Shown here one piece after another: positions 1 through 9,923 of a DNA stretch of 64,000 bases. Under the pieces are notes generated by a model. That model did not search any database. It was not told the DNA's origin and saw only the letters and a list, made by a program, of their open reading frames with translations. Source of the stretch: Vulcanimicrobiota bacterium (GTDB taxonomy: Bacteria > Vulcanimicrobiota > Vulcanimicrobiia > Vulcanimicrobiales > Vulcanimicrobiaceae); contig CAWHWQ010000001.1 in the NCBI GenBank assembly GCA_963833095.1, forward strand, positions 576,001-640,000. The letters run 5' to 3'. Position numbers and translations under genes: made by a program. Position 1 is the first letter of the stretch; every line of letters begins with the position of its first letter.

Positions 1-213
1 AGCTTGTCATCCCGAGCGTAGCGCAGCTTGTCATCCCGAGCGTAGCGCAGCTTGTCATCCCGAGCGTAGCGCAGCTTGTCATCCCGAGCGTAGCGCAGCT
101 TGTCATCCCGAGCGTAGCGCAGCTTGTCATCCCGAGCGTAGCGCAGCTTGTCATCCCGAGCGTAGCGCAGCTTGTCATCCCGAGCGTAGGCGCGTAGCGC
201 CGCAGTCGAGGGA
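1..213 (+). repeat. Tandem array of a 24-bp unit (AGCTTGTCATCCCGAGCGTAGCGC) ending in a REP-like palindromic element
   Basis: Seven identical 24-bp copies at 1-168. The eighth copy runs into GCGCGTAGCGCCGCAGTCGAGGGA. No spacers. The array may extend left of the window. Confidence 0.9.
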
Positions 214-249
214 GCGCCAAACGTCTTTGCCCTCGTCGACTAAGCTTTG

Positions 250-1140
250 CTACGCTCGGGACGACAAGGCGGTACTCGACTTAGAGCGTTCGATGTACGC
301 CGAGCGCAACATGGTGAACGCGGCGTAGATCACGACGACGACGACCAGCCAGCGCACCCATTCGAGCGGAAGCGATTTTACGATGAACGCGGCGATCAGG
401 ACGCCCGGGATACCACCAACCGTCAGTCCTAGAGCTGCTTTGAACGAGTAGGCATTGAAGCGAATAAAGCGGACGCCCGAGATCGGCATGAGGAACGCGC
501 AGGAACCCATCATAATGGGAAACGCCGCTCGCGGACTCATGCCAAGCAAACTGATGACTATAAGCGCCGGCGCGTAGAGTCCGATCCCGATCGTCATGAG
601 CGCGCCCAGACAGAAGTTCGCAACGACGCCGACAACCAGCAATGTTCCTGTCAGGCCGAGCGCGTTGCCGCCACCCGGAATAAGCTTGAGATTGGTCATC
701 ACGAAGATCAGCGCCGCGACGGCAAGCGCGCCACCCATGCCAATTTGCACGTAAAGGCGCGGCCATCGAGCGACGAGACCCGCGCCAAGCCACGAGCCCG
801 CAATCGACGCGGCGATCAGCAGGATTAACGTGAGCGGATCGACGCCGATTACCGTAATGTAAATCAGCGCCTCAACAATAGTCGGAAGCGCATGCCCGAC
901 GTTGAGCGTCCCGGGAATCTTCTCATCGGGGACAAGACGGAAAAACTTGAAGAGCGAGGTTGTTGGGGCAAACGAGCCGATACCGAGCGTGTCGAAGAAA
1001 TCGGTGACAAACCCGATGCCCAAACCGCCGAGTGTGGGCCAAACGAATTCCTTGCGCCTCCATACCTCAATGACCCAAAGAGTCAGGAAACCCGCAGCGA
1101 CGGCCCACAGCAGACCGATAAGGGTGGGGATAACGCTCAT
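250..1140 (-). CDS. Sulfite exporter TauE/SafE (TSUP) family membrane protein
   Basis: 296 aa, highly hydrophobic, with DTLGIGSFA and GIGLYAP motifs and a two-repeat layout. Confidence 0.8.
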   Translation of the reverse strand: MSVIPTLIGLLWAVAAGFLTLWVIEVWRRKEFVWPTLGGLGIGFVTDFFDTLGIGSFAPTTSLFKFFRLVPDEKIPGTLNVGHALPTIVEALIYITVIGVDPLTLILLIAASIAGSWLGAGLVARWPRLYVQIGMGGALAVAALIFVMTNLKLIPGGGNALGLTGTLLVVGVVANFCLGALMTIGIGLYAPALIVISLLGMSPRAAFPIMMGSCAFLMPISGVRFIRFNAYSFKAALGLTVGGIPGVLIAAFIVKSLPLEWVRWLVVVVVIYAAFTMLRSAYIERSKSSTALSSRA

Positions 1141-1172
1141 TGGTCAGCGCGGTTCGCGAAACATTTCGTCGG

Positions 1173-1209
1173 TCCCTCGACTACGCCCCGCTGCGCTCGG
1201 GATGACAAG
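1173..1209 (-). repeat. REP-like element, inverted copy of the element at 171-213
   Basis: Reverse complement is CTTGTCATCCCGAGCGCAGCGGGGCGTAGTCGAGGGA, sharing both ends (CTTGTCATCCCGAGCG ... AGTCGAGGGA) with 171-213. Confidence 0.85.
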
Positions 1210-1216
1210 GAGAGCT

Positions 1217-4200
1217 TCAACGTACTGCTGCGGCGTTGAAGTACGAAGCGCGCGGGTGGTGGATCACAATCGCAGCCGTCGATTGTTCCGGCACGATTTG
1301 GAATGCTTCGGTCAGCTCGATGTTGATGCGCTCTTGCGCGCCCAAAACCGCAAACGCGATTGCATGTTGCGAGACATCCGGACACGCGCCGTAGCCCCAC
1401 GAATAGCGCTTGCCGCGGTCGTGGCCGAGACGCAGCTCGGTGCGAATGCGGCGGTGCGTCCATTCCGCCAGCGCCTCGGCCGACTGCACGGTAAAGCCGT
1501 GCAAGAAATACGACTCGCTGTAATCGCCGCGAGCTTGAAGCGCGTCGATGCGCTCCGTCGCGGCGCGCCCAACGGTAACGACCTGAAGCGCGACGACGTC
1601 GACACCGCGTCCGCCCTGGGGCTCGCGCAAATAATCGGCGAGGCAGAGATGGTCGCCGCCGACTTGGCGCGCGAACGGGAAGCGCGCGATCTCGCGCGAC
1701 GGATCTTCGGGATCGTAGAGAATCACGTCGTCGCCCACCCCTGCGGCCGGATAGTACCCGTACGCGATCTTCGGATAGAGCAATCCGCCTTGTTCGGCTT
1801 CGTGCTGATAGGCGCGTAAGCGCGGATCGAATTCGTCGCGTAGCAAGGCGTCGAAGGCTTCGCCCTTGGTATTGCTTGCGCCCCACGAAAGCCGATAGAG
1901 ACTCTTGAGATCGAAGCACGGCCACAACTCACGTAAATCCACGTCCTCGATAGTCGTGGCTCCCAAAAACGGGGGCAGCGGTATATCCACGTGCTCGCTC
2001 TTGACTGCCGAAATCGTCGCCGCGGGCGCGTGGGTGGTCGCGCCGTCGCGCGCGCGATCGCGTTGCGCGAACGCTTCGGCGCGGATGCGCTCGACGAACA
2101 CGTCGCGCGCACCCGCGTCGCTGGTGAGGCGATCCATGATGTCGAGGCCTTCGAACGCGTCTTTAGCGTAGAAGAGTCCGGGCGTAAAATAGCGCTCGCC
2201 TTCATCGAGCAAGGAGATGCGCCGCCCGAAATCACGATTGATAGCGGCGCCGCCCACGATTACCGGGAAGGCAAGGCCGCGTACATCTTGTTCGTGCACG
2301 CAAATCGGCATTTGCTTGCTGGTGGAAACCAACAGTGCCGAAAGTCCGATCGCGTCGGCTTTGACTTCTACTGCCTTCTCGAGAATCGTATTCATCGGCA
2401 CCTGCTTGCCGAGGTCGTGAACGGTATAGCCGTTGTTGGTCAGAATGGTGTTGACCAGATTCTTGCCGATGTCGTGCACGTCGCCGAAGACCGTCGCAAG
2501 CACAACGGTGCCCTTGGTGGAGCCTTCTTTCTTTTCGAGGAATTGCTCAAGGTGCGCAACGGCCTTCTTCATCACCTCGGCCGACTGCAGCACAAACGGC
2601 AAAATCAATTCGCCCGATCCAAATTTATCGCCGACTTCTTTCATCGCCGGTAGCAAAATCTCGTTGAGCACCGCGACCGGGTTGCGCTCTTTGAGCGCGA
2701 GGTCGATCTTGGCTTCGATGCCGTCCTTGCGGCGGCGCAAAATCGCGTTGTGAATCTGCTGCGCGACGGGGAGCTCGGCCTCGACATTGTCGGCCGCCGG
2801 AGCGTCGCTTTGCGCCGTGCTCGCGGATTCGAAGTGTTCGATGAAGCGGGCGAGCGCGTCCGGACGCCGGTTGAAGACAAGATCGTCGCACATTTCGCGG
2901 ACGTCGGGTTCGATCTCGGTGTAGGGCGTGATCTCCTTGGCGTGGACGAGCGCGGCATCGAGACCGGCCTCGACGCAATGATGCAGAAAGACCGAGTTGA
3001 GGACGGCGCGAGCCGCCGGTTTCAAGCCGAACGAGACATTCGAGACGCCCAGGGACGTAAGCACGCCGGGCAGCTCGCGCTTGATTAGGCGGATGCCCTC
3101 GATCGTTTCAATCGCCGAATCCGAGAACTCAGGGTCTCCCGTCGCGAGCGTGAAGGTGAGATCGTCGAAGATCAGCGCGCCGGGCGGTAGACCGTACTCG
3201 TCAACGACGATGCCGTAGATGCGCTGCGCGACTTCGAGTTTGCGCTGCGCGGTCTTCGCCATGCCGACTTCGTCGATCGTCAGCGCCACTACCGCCGCGC
3301 CGTGCTCTTTGGCCAGCGGCAGCACGACGTCCATCTTGGCCCGTCCGGCCTCCAGGTGCACCGAATTCAAAATCGCGCGCCCCGGATAGTTCTCCAACGC
3401 AACCTGCATGACTCGGGGTTCGGTCGAGTCGATCATCACCGGCGCTTCGACCGATTGCGCAAGGCGGCGCACGAGTTCGCGCATCTGCGCGTCTTCGTCG
3501 GTGCGCTCGGTCAACGCGCAGCACACGTCGAGCACATGCGCGCCGCCTTCCACCTGCTCGCGCGCGACGAGCATGATCTCGTCGTAGTTGTCCTCAAGCA
3601 GCAACCGCTTGATCTTGCGGGATCCTTGGCTGTTGATGCGCTCACCGACCAACAACGGCCGCGGCTCTTGCTGGAGGGGAACCGCGGTCATGGCACTCGC
3701 AACGTCCTGCGGCACGGGATCGCTTCGCTCGCTTTGTTTGTTTATGCTCGCTGCGCGAACCCGTGCCGCGGCCGCTGCTTTTGCATCGACCGCATTTCTC
3801 AGTGCCGTAATATGTTCAGGCGTGGATCCGCAACAGCCGCCGACGATGTTGACGCCAAATTCTTTGACGAAATCGCTGAGTTCTTTTGCAAGTTCGTCGG
3901 GGGTTTCGGGGTAGATCGTTTCGCCCTTGGGTCCCATCAGCGGCAAGCCCGCGTTGGGAATGACGCTCACGAAGCAGCGCGAGTTCTCCGCGAGGTAGCG
4001 CACCGCGTCGCGCATTTGCGACGGGCCGGTCGAGCAGTTGAGCCCGATGACATCGATGGGCAGCGCATCGAGCGTCGCAGTGATGGCGCGGATATCGGTG
4101 CCCAGCAACATCCGGCCCTCGGTAATCAGCGTGGGTTGCGCTTGAATCGGGACGCGGCGCAGGCCGCGATCGAATTCGCGCACGATTCCGGCGATCGCGG

Positions 4201-4720
4201 CCTTGAGTTCGAGCAGATCCTGCATCGTCTCGAGCAAGAGCAGATCGACGCCGCCTTCAACCAACGCGCGCGCTTGCTCGCCGTAGATATCGGCGAGTTG
4301 TTCGAACGTGATCTTCGAGAGCGTCGGGTCCGATGAGGAGATCAGCATGCCCGTGGGGCCCATCGAACCCGCGACGAACCGCGGCCAATCGGGCGTCGCG
4401 ATCGCATCGCACGCCTCGCGCGCGAGCTGGGCAGCGCGAAGGTTGATCTCGAGGGTCTTTTCGCCTAGCCCGAATTCGTCGAGCTTTAGCCGCGATGCGG
4501 TAAATGAGTCGGTCTCGACCACGTCCGCGCCGGCCTGCAAAAACGCGGTGTGAATCGCGCGAATCGCGTCGGGACGCGTCAAGACCAGCGCCTCGTAGCA
4601 CCCCAAATACCGGTCCCCGCCGAAATCGGCGGCGGATAATTCGAGCGCCATGAGCTGCGTGCCCATGGCGCCGTCGTAAATCAATACCCGCTCTTGCAGC
4701 AGGCGCAAATAGTCACGCAA
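1217..4720 (-). CDS. metH: Cobalamin-dependent methionine synthase
   Basis: DGAMGT, GLNCSTG and GGCCG (Zn ligands), pterin domain GERIN, B12 motif GDVHDIGKN, C-terminal RYSWGYGACPD. Start placed at TTG 4720, just after the upstream stop. Confidence 0.95.
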   Translation of the reverse strand: MRDYLRLLQERVLIYDGAMGTQLMALELSAADFGGDRYLGCYEALVLTRPDAIRAIHTAFLQAGADVVETDSFTASRLKLDEFGLGEKTLEINLRAAQLAREACDAIATPDWPRFVAGSMGPTGMLISSSDPTLSKITFEQLADIYGEQARALVEGGVDLLLLETMQDLLELKAAIAGIVREFDRGLRRVPIQAQPTLITEGRMLLGTDIRAITATLDALPIDVIGLNCSTGPSQMRDAVRYLAENSRCFVSVIPNAGLPLMGPKGETIYPETPDELAKELSDFVKEFGVNIVGGCCGSTPEHITALRNAVDAKAAAAARVRAASINKQSERSDPVPQDVASAMTAVPLQQEPRPLLVGERINSQGSRKIKRLLLEDNYDEIMLVAREQVEGGAHVLDVCCALTERTDEDAQMRELVRRLAQSVEAPVMIDSTEPRVMQVALENYPGRAILNSVHLEAGRAKMDVVLPLAKEHGAAVVALTIDEVGMAKTAQRKLEVAQRIYGIVVDEYGLPPGALIFDDLTFTLATGDPEFSDSAIETIEGIRLIKRELPGVLTSLGVSNVSFGLKPAARAVLNSVFLHHCVEAGLDAALVHAKEITPYTEIEPDVREMCDDLVFNRRPDALARFIEHFESASTAQSDAPAADNVEAELPVAQQIHNAILRRRKDGIEAKIDLALKERNPVAVLNEILLPAMKEVGDKFGSGELILPFVLQSAEVMKKAVAHLEQFLEKKEGSTKGTVVLATVFGDVHDIGKNLVNTILTNNGYTVHDLGKQVPMNTILEKAVEVKADAIGLSALLVSTSKQMPICVHEQDVRGLAFPVIVGGAAINRDFGRRISLLDEGERYFTPGLFYAKDAFEGLDIMDRLTSDAGARDVFVERIRAEAFAQRDRARDGATTHAPAATISAVKSEHVDIPLPPFLGATTIEDVDLRELWPCFDLKSLYRLSWGASNTKGEAFDALLRDEFDPRLRAYQHEAEQGGLLYPKIAYGYYPAAGVGDDVILYDPEDPSREIARFPFARQVGGDHLCLADYLREPQGGRGVDVVALQVVTVGRAATERIDALQARGDYSESYFLHGFTVQSAEALAEWTHRRIRTELRLGHDRGKRYSWGYGACPDVSQHAIAFAVLGAQERINIELTEAFQIVPEQSTAAIVIHHPRASYFNAAAVR

Positions 4721-4727
4721 TGAGAGT

Positions 4728-5696
4728 TTATATACTCGCTTGTTCGACGGCGAAGTCTGCGACGGCCCGGATCGCTCCAACGGCACGCCCCGCCCGATTA
4801 TACACGATTGGCGCGGCAAAGCCCGCCAAATCGGTCGCATCCGCCACCGGGCTGCCGAGGGCTCGCAGCGCCGTCATGGTCGTCGGGCCCCGGCCGCGCG
4901 AACTTCCGTCGAGCACCTTACTGGCAAGGCCGATGGCCTGCGGAATCAACGCGAGGCCATGCACGCCCTCGGCTCCCGACTTACAGACGATCGCCCCACC
5001 TCCGGCTGTCATCACACGCGTGTCGAATTCGAGCGTCCCCGAGACGTATTCAGGATGCGAGACCATCGCGTCGCGTACCACCAGCAGCGCCATCGCATCA
5101 CGGGGCTCGAGGTGCGTAAGTGACGCAAACCGCGCAAACGCCGTCGCCGCCTTTTGCAAGGACGTGGCATAGACCGGAATTCCACATCCGTCGACGCCAA
5201 GCGGCCAGGTCGCTGGGTCGTCGTCCGAAAGGCGCGCGCAAAAAGCTAGAATGTCTTGCTGCGCGGCGTTGTTCACGTCCATGTACGTGGCAATGTCGCT
5301 TCCGAGCACGCGGCAAAGCGCGAGGATGCCGGCATGCTTCCCGGAGCAGTTGTTGTACAAGGGGCTCGGCCCGCGCCCTTCCTGCGAGCCGCATTGCAGC
5401 GCCGATTCATCGAGTCCGATCTTCTCCAAGATCGAACGCACGGCGTCGACGTGAAACGGCTCGCCTACGTGTGACGCACTCATGACGGCAATTTCGCGCA
5501 TGTCGAGATCGAAAGCGTCACGCACTCCCGCTTCGATCGCGGCGCCCGCGATGAACGGCTTGGCCGTCGAACGCAGAAAGACCGGCGATTCGATATCGCC
5601 GGTCCGCAGAATCACGTCGCCTCGCGGAGTTGCCGCACAGGCGGCGACATGATGCACCGATTCGACGAGATCGCCGCGCGTAACCTCGACGATCAT
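4728..5696 (-). CDS. Asparaginase II (AnsA-type) family protein
   Basis: VTRGDLVESVH, RSTAKP, NNCSGKH, DGCG and KSGAEG motifs. ATG overlaps the cysK stop. Confidence 0.85.
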   Translation of the reverse strand: MIVEVTRGDLVESVHHVAACAATPRGDVILRTGDIESPVFLRSTAKPFIAGAAIEAGVRDAFDLDMREIAVMSASHVGEPFHVDAVRSILEKIGLDESALQCGSQEGRGPSPLYNNCSGKHAGILALCRVLGSDIATYMDVNNAAQQDILAFCARLSDDDPATWPLGVDGCGIPVYATSLQKAATAFARFASLTHLEPRDAMALLVVRDAMVSHPEYVSGTLEFDTRVMTAGGGAIVCKSGAEGVHGLALIPQAIGLASKVLDGSSRGRGPTTMTALRALGSPVADATDLAGFAAPIVYNRAGRAVGAIRAVADFAVEQASI

Positions 5697-6666
5697 CCAG
5701 GATAGACGAGCGCGGGTTCGACGACGACCGCTTCCTGGTCCGCGAAGACCGGATTGCTCAAGTAGCGCTCGCCGGTGTCGCAGCCGATCGTGACGATCGT
5801 TTTGCCCTTGAACTCCGGGCGCGCCGCAAGTTGCAACGCCGCCCAAACATTCGCGCCGGCCGAGATGCCGACCAGCATGCCTTCTTCGCGCGCGAGGCGC
5901 CGCGCCATTGCGATCGCGTCGGCGTCGGTTACGCGAATCACTTCGTCATACACGCTTCGTGTCGAGAACCTTGGGAATGAAACCGGCGCCGGTGCCTTGG
6001 ATCTTGTGCGGTCCCGGCGTACCGCCCGACAGCACCGGCGACGCATCCGGTTCGCCGGCAATGATCTGGAGCTCGGCTTTGCGCTCCTTGAGCACTTCGC
6101 CGACGCCGGTAATCGTGCCGCCGGTGCCGACCACCGCGACGAACACGTCGACTGTGCCGTCGGTGTCGCGCCAAATCTCTTCCGCCGTCGTGCGGCGGTG
6201 AATTTCCGGATTGGCCGGATTCTCGAATTGCTGCGGCATGAAATATTTGTTCGGGCGACTCGCCATAGATCTCGGCTTGCCGCGCGATCGCGCCCTTCAT
6301 GCCGTCGGCGCCCGGCGTCAGGACGACTTGCGCGCCGTACGCTTTGAGCAGATTGCGACGCTCGATCGTCATCGTGTCGGGCATCACGAGAATGCATGGG
6401 TAGCCCTTCGCCGCGGCGACGAACGCAAGCGCGATGCCGGTGTTGCCGCTCGTCGGCTCGAGGATCGTCATCCCCGGAAGCAAGCGGCCGTCGCGCTCGG
6501 CTGCCTCGATCATCGCGACGCCGATGCGGTCTTTCACGGAGCCGGCCGGATTGAACGACTCCATCTTCACGAGCACGGTCCCGCCCAAGCCCTTGTTCAG
6601 CCGCGGGATCTTGACCAGCGGCGTGTTGCCGAACGTGTCGGCCAGATTTTCATAGATTCGTGCCAT
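5693..6666 (-). pseudogene. cysK: Cysteine synthase A with two frameshifts (about 6265 and 5950), probably sequencing errors
   Basis: [23 protein letters not shown] in one frame; [19 protein letters not shown] in a second; GISAGA, DTGERYLS in a third. Confidence 0.9.
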
Positions 6667-6728
6667 AGTTCCTCTTCTAACACCGTCTGCGCGCCCTTGT
6701 GTTGCGCGCGAGGTGAATCCCGCCGCCT

Positions 6729-6742
6729 CGAACGAATGTTCG
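6729..6742. promoter_or_regulatory. LexA (SOS/Cheo-type) box CGAAC-N4-GTTCG
   Basis: CGAACGAATGTTCG has perfect 5-bp inverted arms and ends 4 nt before the GTG of a DNA-repair-type nuclease. Confidence 0.75.
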
Positions 6743-6746
6743 TAAT

Positions 6747-7769
6747 GTGTTCTCCCTTTCCCAGAAGAATCTCTACGTTGAAGCGCTCGACCTTTGGGTC
6801 GACAGCATGCGCTGGCAAGAGCGCTCCTATGTCTCCCACGGGCACAGCGATCACGCGCGCGAACATCGCGTCGTTGTAGCGACCCCGAACACCGCGCGCA
6901 TCTGCCGCGCCCGTTTCGCGCGGCGCGAAGAACGCGCGCAGATCTCACTGCTCGCGCCGAAAACCTCGCCGCGTCCTCAACCCGTGTTCGAAGAGCATGC
7001 GTTCAACGAGCCGTGGGAAGAGCGCGATCATCGCCTGACGCTCTTCTCCGCGGGACACGTACTCGGCAGCGCGCAGCTCATGATCGAAGGCGCAAGCGGA
7101 AGCTTCGTCTATACCGGCGACTTCAAGCTACGCGAGTCGCTGACCGTCGAGCCGCCCGAGGTCAAACACTGCGACGTCGTACTGATGGAGTGCACCTACG
7201 GCCGGCCACAGTACGTTTTTCCGCCGAGCGATGAGGTCGCAGGGCAAATGATCGCTTTCGCGCGCGAGGCTTTGGAAGGCGACGCCGTTCCGGTGTTCTT
7301 CGCCTATTCGTTGGGCAAAGCGCAAGAGGCGATGGCGATCCTCGGCGGAGCAGGTCTGCCGCTCACGGTGCACGGGGCGGTCGATAATCTGGCACAGGTG
7401 TACCTGGAGTGCGGTATGGCGCTGCCGCCCTATGCCCGCTACCACGCCGACAGTTTTGATACGCGCAGCGTGCTGATTTGGCCGCCGGGCGGAAAAGCGT
7501 TGCCCAAGGCGCTCCGCACCAAGCCGGTACGCACCGCCGTCCTCACCGGGTGGTCCTTGGATCGTGGCGCCCTGTTTCGTTATGGAACGGAGCGCGGGTT
7601 CGCGCTCTCGGATCACGCCGATTACCCCGCGCTGCTGCAGTACATTGAACGCGCGCAGCCGCGCAAGGTCCTCTTGAATCACGGCCGGCGCGATTTCGTT
7701 TATCGCCTGCGTGCCCTCGGTGTCGATGCCGAGTACCTGGAGAGCCACGCGCAACTATCGCTGTTCTAG
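6747..7769 (+). CDS. MBL-fold/beta-CASP nuclease (ligase-associated DNA damage response exonuclease-like)
   Basis: [32 protein letters not shown] and LSDHAD motifs. Confidence 0.85.
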   Translation: MFSLSQKNLYVEALDLWVDSMRWQERSYVSHGHSDHAREHRVVVATPNTARICRARFARREERAQISLLAPKTSPRPQPVFEEHAFNEPWEERDHRLTLFSAGHVLGSAQLMIEGASGSFVYTGDFKLRESLTVEPPEVKHCDVVLMECTYGRPQYVFPPSDEVAGQMIAFAREALEGDAVPVFFAYSLGKAQEAMAILGGAGLPLTVHGAVDNLAQVYLECGMALPPYARYHADSFDTRSVLIWPPGGKALPKALRTKPVRTAVLTGWSLDRGALFRYGTERGFALSDHADYPALLQYIERAQPRKVLLNHGRRDFVYRLRALGVDAEYLESHAQLSLF

Positions 7770-7839
7770 GCAAAGGCAGGCTCACGCCAAAATCTTGGCG
7801 CCCAGCGGATAATTTTGTCGCGCGGCGTACTGGCCCAGG

Positions 7840-9588
7840 ATGAAACCATCGCGCCTTCTAGGTCTGATCTTAACCGCCGTTTTGGCGTTCAACGGTCCCG
7901 CCTTCGCACAAACGACGTCACCGTCGGGTGCACCGACGATGGACGATGCAATCGCCGCGATTCGGGCCTACGCCCCCACAGCGCTCGAACAACAAGGCAC
8001 GCCGGGTCTGTCGGTCGCGATCACCGATCGTACACACACGATCGCGATCATTACCCAAGGCATGGCCGACGTCGCGAGCAAGACGCCGGTGAACGCCGAC
8101 ACCCGCTTCCCCATCGGCTCGATCTCGAAGTCGATGACCGCGCTCGCGCTGCTCCAGCTACGCGACAAGGGTCTTGTCAATCTGAACGCGCGCGTGCAGC
8201 AGTACTTGCCGTCGTGGTCGATCCACTCGACCGGCGGACCGGTGCTCGTGCACCAGCTCCTCTCGCACACAAGCGGAACACCCGACGATTATACGTTCCA
8301 GCAATACGGCTTTGCGATCGCCGCGTTGCGCGACGCGCACACCCTCTTTCCGCCGGGAACGGCGTGGTCGTATTCGAACGACGGCTTTGGTACAATCGGC
8401 GCGATCGTCGCTAACGTCTCGCATAACAGTTGGCAGAGCAACATCGAAAATCACGTCTTTGCGCCGCTTGGCATGGAGAATAGCTTACCGGTCTTCAACG
8501 ATCGCACGCTCTCGCCCCCGACCGCGACAGGTTATCAATTCCGCGACGCCGACTACGTGGCCGCGCCGCCGCACCCAGCGCTCATACCGTCACCGTTCGT
8601 CGACTTCGTCGATCCCGCCGGCTCGGTGATCTCGACGCCTGGGGATATGGCGGCGTACATTCGCTTTTATTTGAACGGCGGGAAAGCCGCGAACGGTAGC
8701 CAGCTGCTCGCGCCGGCAACGTTTGCAGCAATGACCAGTGCGGACCACTTCAACAACGGCGCACCAGACGCGGCCAAGCATGTCGAGTTGGCCGAGTGGC
8801 CCGCATTTTACCACGAGTATGGGTATGGGCTTTCGGTATTCGACACCAACGGCGACCGTCTCGTCGGACATACCGGAGGCGTCTCCGGCTACACGGCCTG
8901 CTTTCAGGCCAATCTCAGCCGCGGTTTCGGTGTGATCGCGCTCTCGAATCTGGTCGAAGCGCCGCTGCACCCTTGCGCAATCGTAAAGTACGCAATGGAG
9001 GTGTTGCGCGCGCAGAGTCTGGGACAAGCGTTGCCGCCGCCACCCGCCGGACCGCCGATTGCGCCGCCGAAAATCGCCGCAAACGATTACGTTGGGACGT
9101 ATCGCAGCGCCGACGGCGCGGGCGTCGTCGTGGCCGACGATAACGGCGCGCTTGCGCTACACGATGGCGCAAAGAGCTATCAACTCGTGGCTGCGGATCG
9201 GGACATCTTCTGGACCGATGATCCTCGCTTTACGATTTTCTACGTCGCATTCGAACGCAATAAGGCCAAGGCCGTCGACGGCTTCACCAACGGGAGTTCG
9301 TATTTCGTCAATGGCGAGCACAGGGGGCCTACGGCGTTTGCGTATCCCGCCGCGTGGGATCGCCTGGTCGGCCGCTACGAAAACTCCATCTTCGGTTCGC
9401 CCGTCGTAATGCGTGTCGTCATCGTGAAGGGCAAACTCACGACCGACGGGTTGAATCCGCTCAGAGCCAACGCCAACGGCACGTTTGCGCTGGGCGATTC
9501 GACGGTGCGTTTTGACACGCTCTTTGAGGGCAAGATGCAACGCCTTTGGCTCGACGGCGCCGACCTCTACCGCATCGAATTGCCCTAG
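7840..9588 (+). CDS. Secreted serine hydrolase, beta-lactamase class C-like family
   Basis: Signal peptide; SISK (SxxK), LLSHTSG, YSN and HTG motifs. Confidence 0.85.
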   Translation: MKPSRLLGLILTAVLAFNGPAFAQTTSPSGAPTMDDAIAAIRAYAPTALEQQGTPGLSVAITDRTHTIAIITQGMADVASKTPVNADTRFPIGSISKSMTALALLQLRDKGLVNLNARVQQYLPSWSIHSTGGPVLVHQLLSHTSGTPDDYTFQQYGFAIAALRDAHTLFPPGTAWSYSNDGFGTIGAIVANVSHNSWQSNIENHVFAPLGMENSLPVFNDRTLSPPTATGYQFRDADYVAAPPHPALIPSPFVDFVDPAGSVISTPGDMAAYIRFYLNGGKAANGSQLLAPATFAAMTSADHFNNGAPDAAKHVELAEWPAFYHEYGYGLSVFDTNGDRLVGHTGGVSGYTACFQANLSRGFGVIALSNLVEAPLHPCAIVKYAMEVLRAQSLGQALPPPPAGPPIAPPKIAANDYVGTYRSADGAGVVVADDNGALALHDGAKSYQLVAADRDIFWTDDPRFTIFYVAFERNKAKAVDGFTNGSSYFVNGEHRGPTAFAYPAAWDRLVGRYENSIFGSPVVMRVVIVKGKLTTDGLNPLRANANGTFALGDSTVRFDTLFEGKMQRLWLDGADLYRIELP

Positions 9589-9611
9589 GGGCGCAAGAAA
9601 AAGCCGCGCGG

Positions 9612-9890
9612 CTAATCCACTCCGATATCCCAGAGTAGGCCAAGATCTTTCTTGGCGAAGGTTTTGAACGCAATCAGCGTTTCGGTGTTTTCGATTCCCT
9701 CGAGCGCAGCAACGTGCTCGGTAACCAAATCGTTGAGTTCGTCGTGCTCGCGAACCCGCGCAATAGCAATGATGTCAAAGGGACCCGCGACCGAGTAGAC
9801 CTCGGCAATGCCGTCGATCGCCAGGAGGTCGTCGGAGATCGATCGCAAGCGCGTGCGAGATACATTCATCAGGATGAAGGCCGTAACCAT
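9612..9890 (-). CDS. Lrp/AsnC ligand-binding domain protein
   Basis: 92 aa with EVYSVAGPFDII and TETLIAF; no HTH. Confidence 0.85.
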   Translation of the reverse strand: MVTAFILMNVSRTRLRSISDDLLAIDGIAEVYSVAGPFDIIAIARVREHDELNDLVTEHVAALEGIENTETLIAFKTFAKKDLGLLWDIGVD

Positions 9891-9923
9891 GAGAAGCGGC
9901 TTCGAAACGACGTTACGGTTCGC

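Noticed and set aside
1..190. CRISPR array
   Set aside because: The units are directly adjacent with no unique spacers, and there are no cas genes in the window.
902..4336. Long alternative-frame ORFs (for example 902-1819 and 3302-4336, and many similar across the window)
   Set aside because: They are shadow ORFs expected in high-GC DNA opposite well-supported genes and have no family motifs.
5940..6270. Programmed frameshifting in cysK (also glxA and manA)
   Set aside because: No slippery heptamer was seen, and similar indels occur in several unrelated genes, so sequencing error is simpler.
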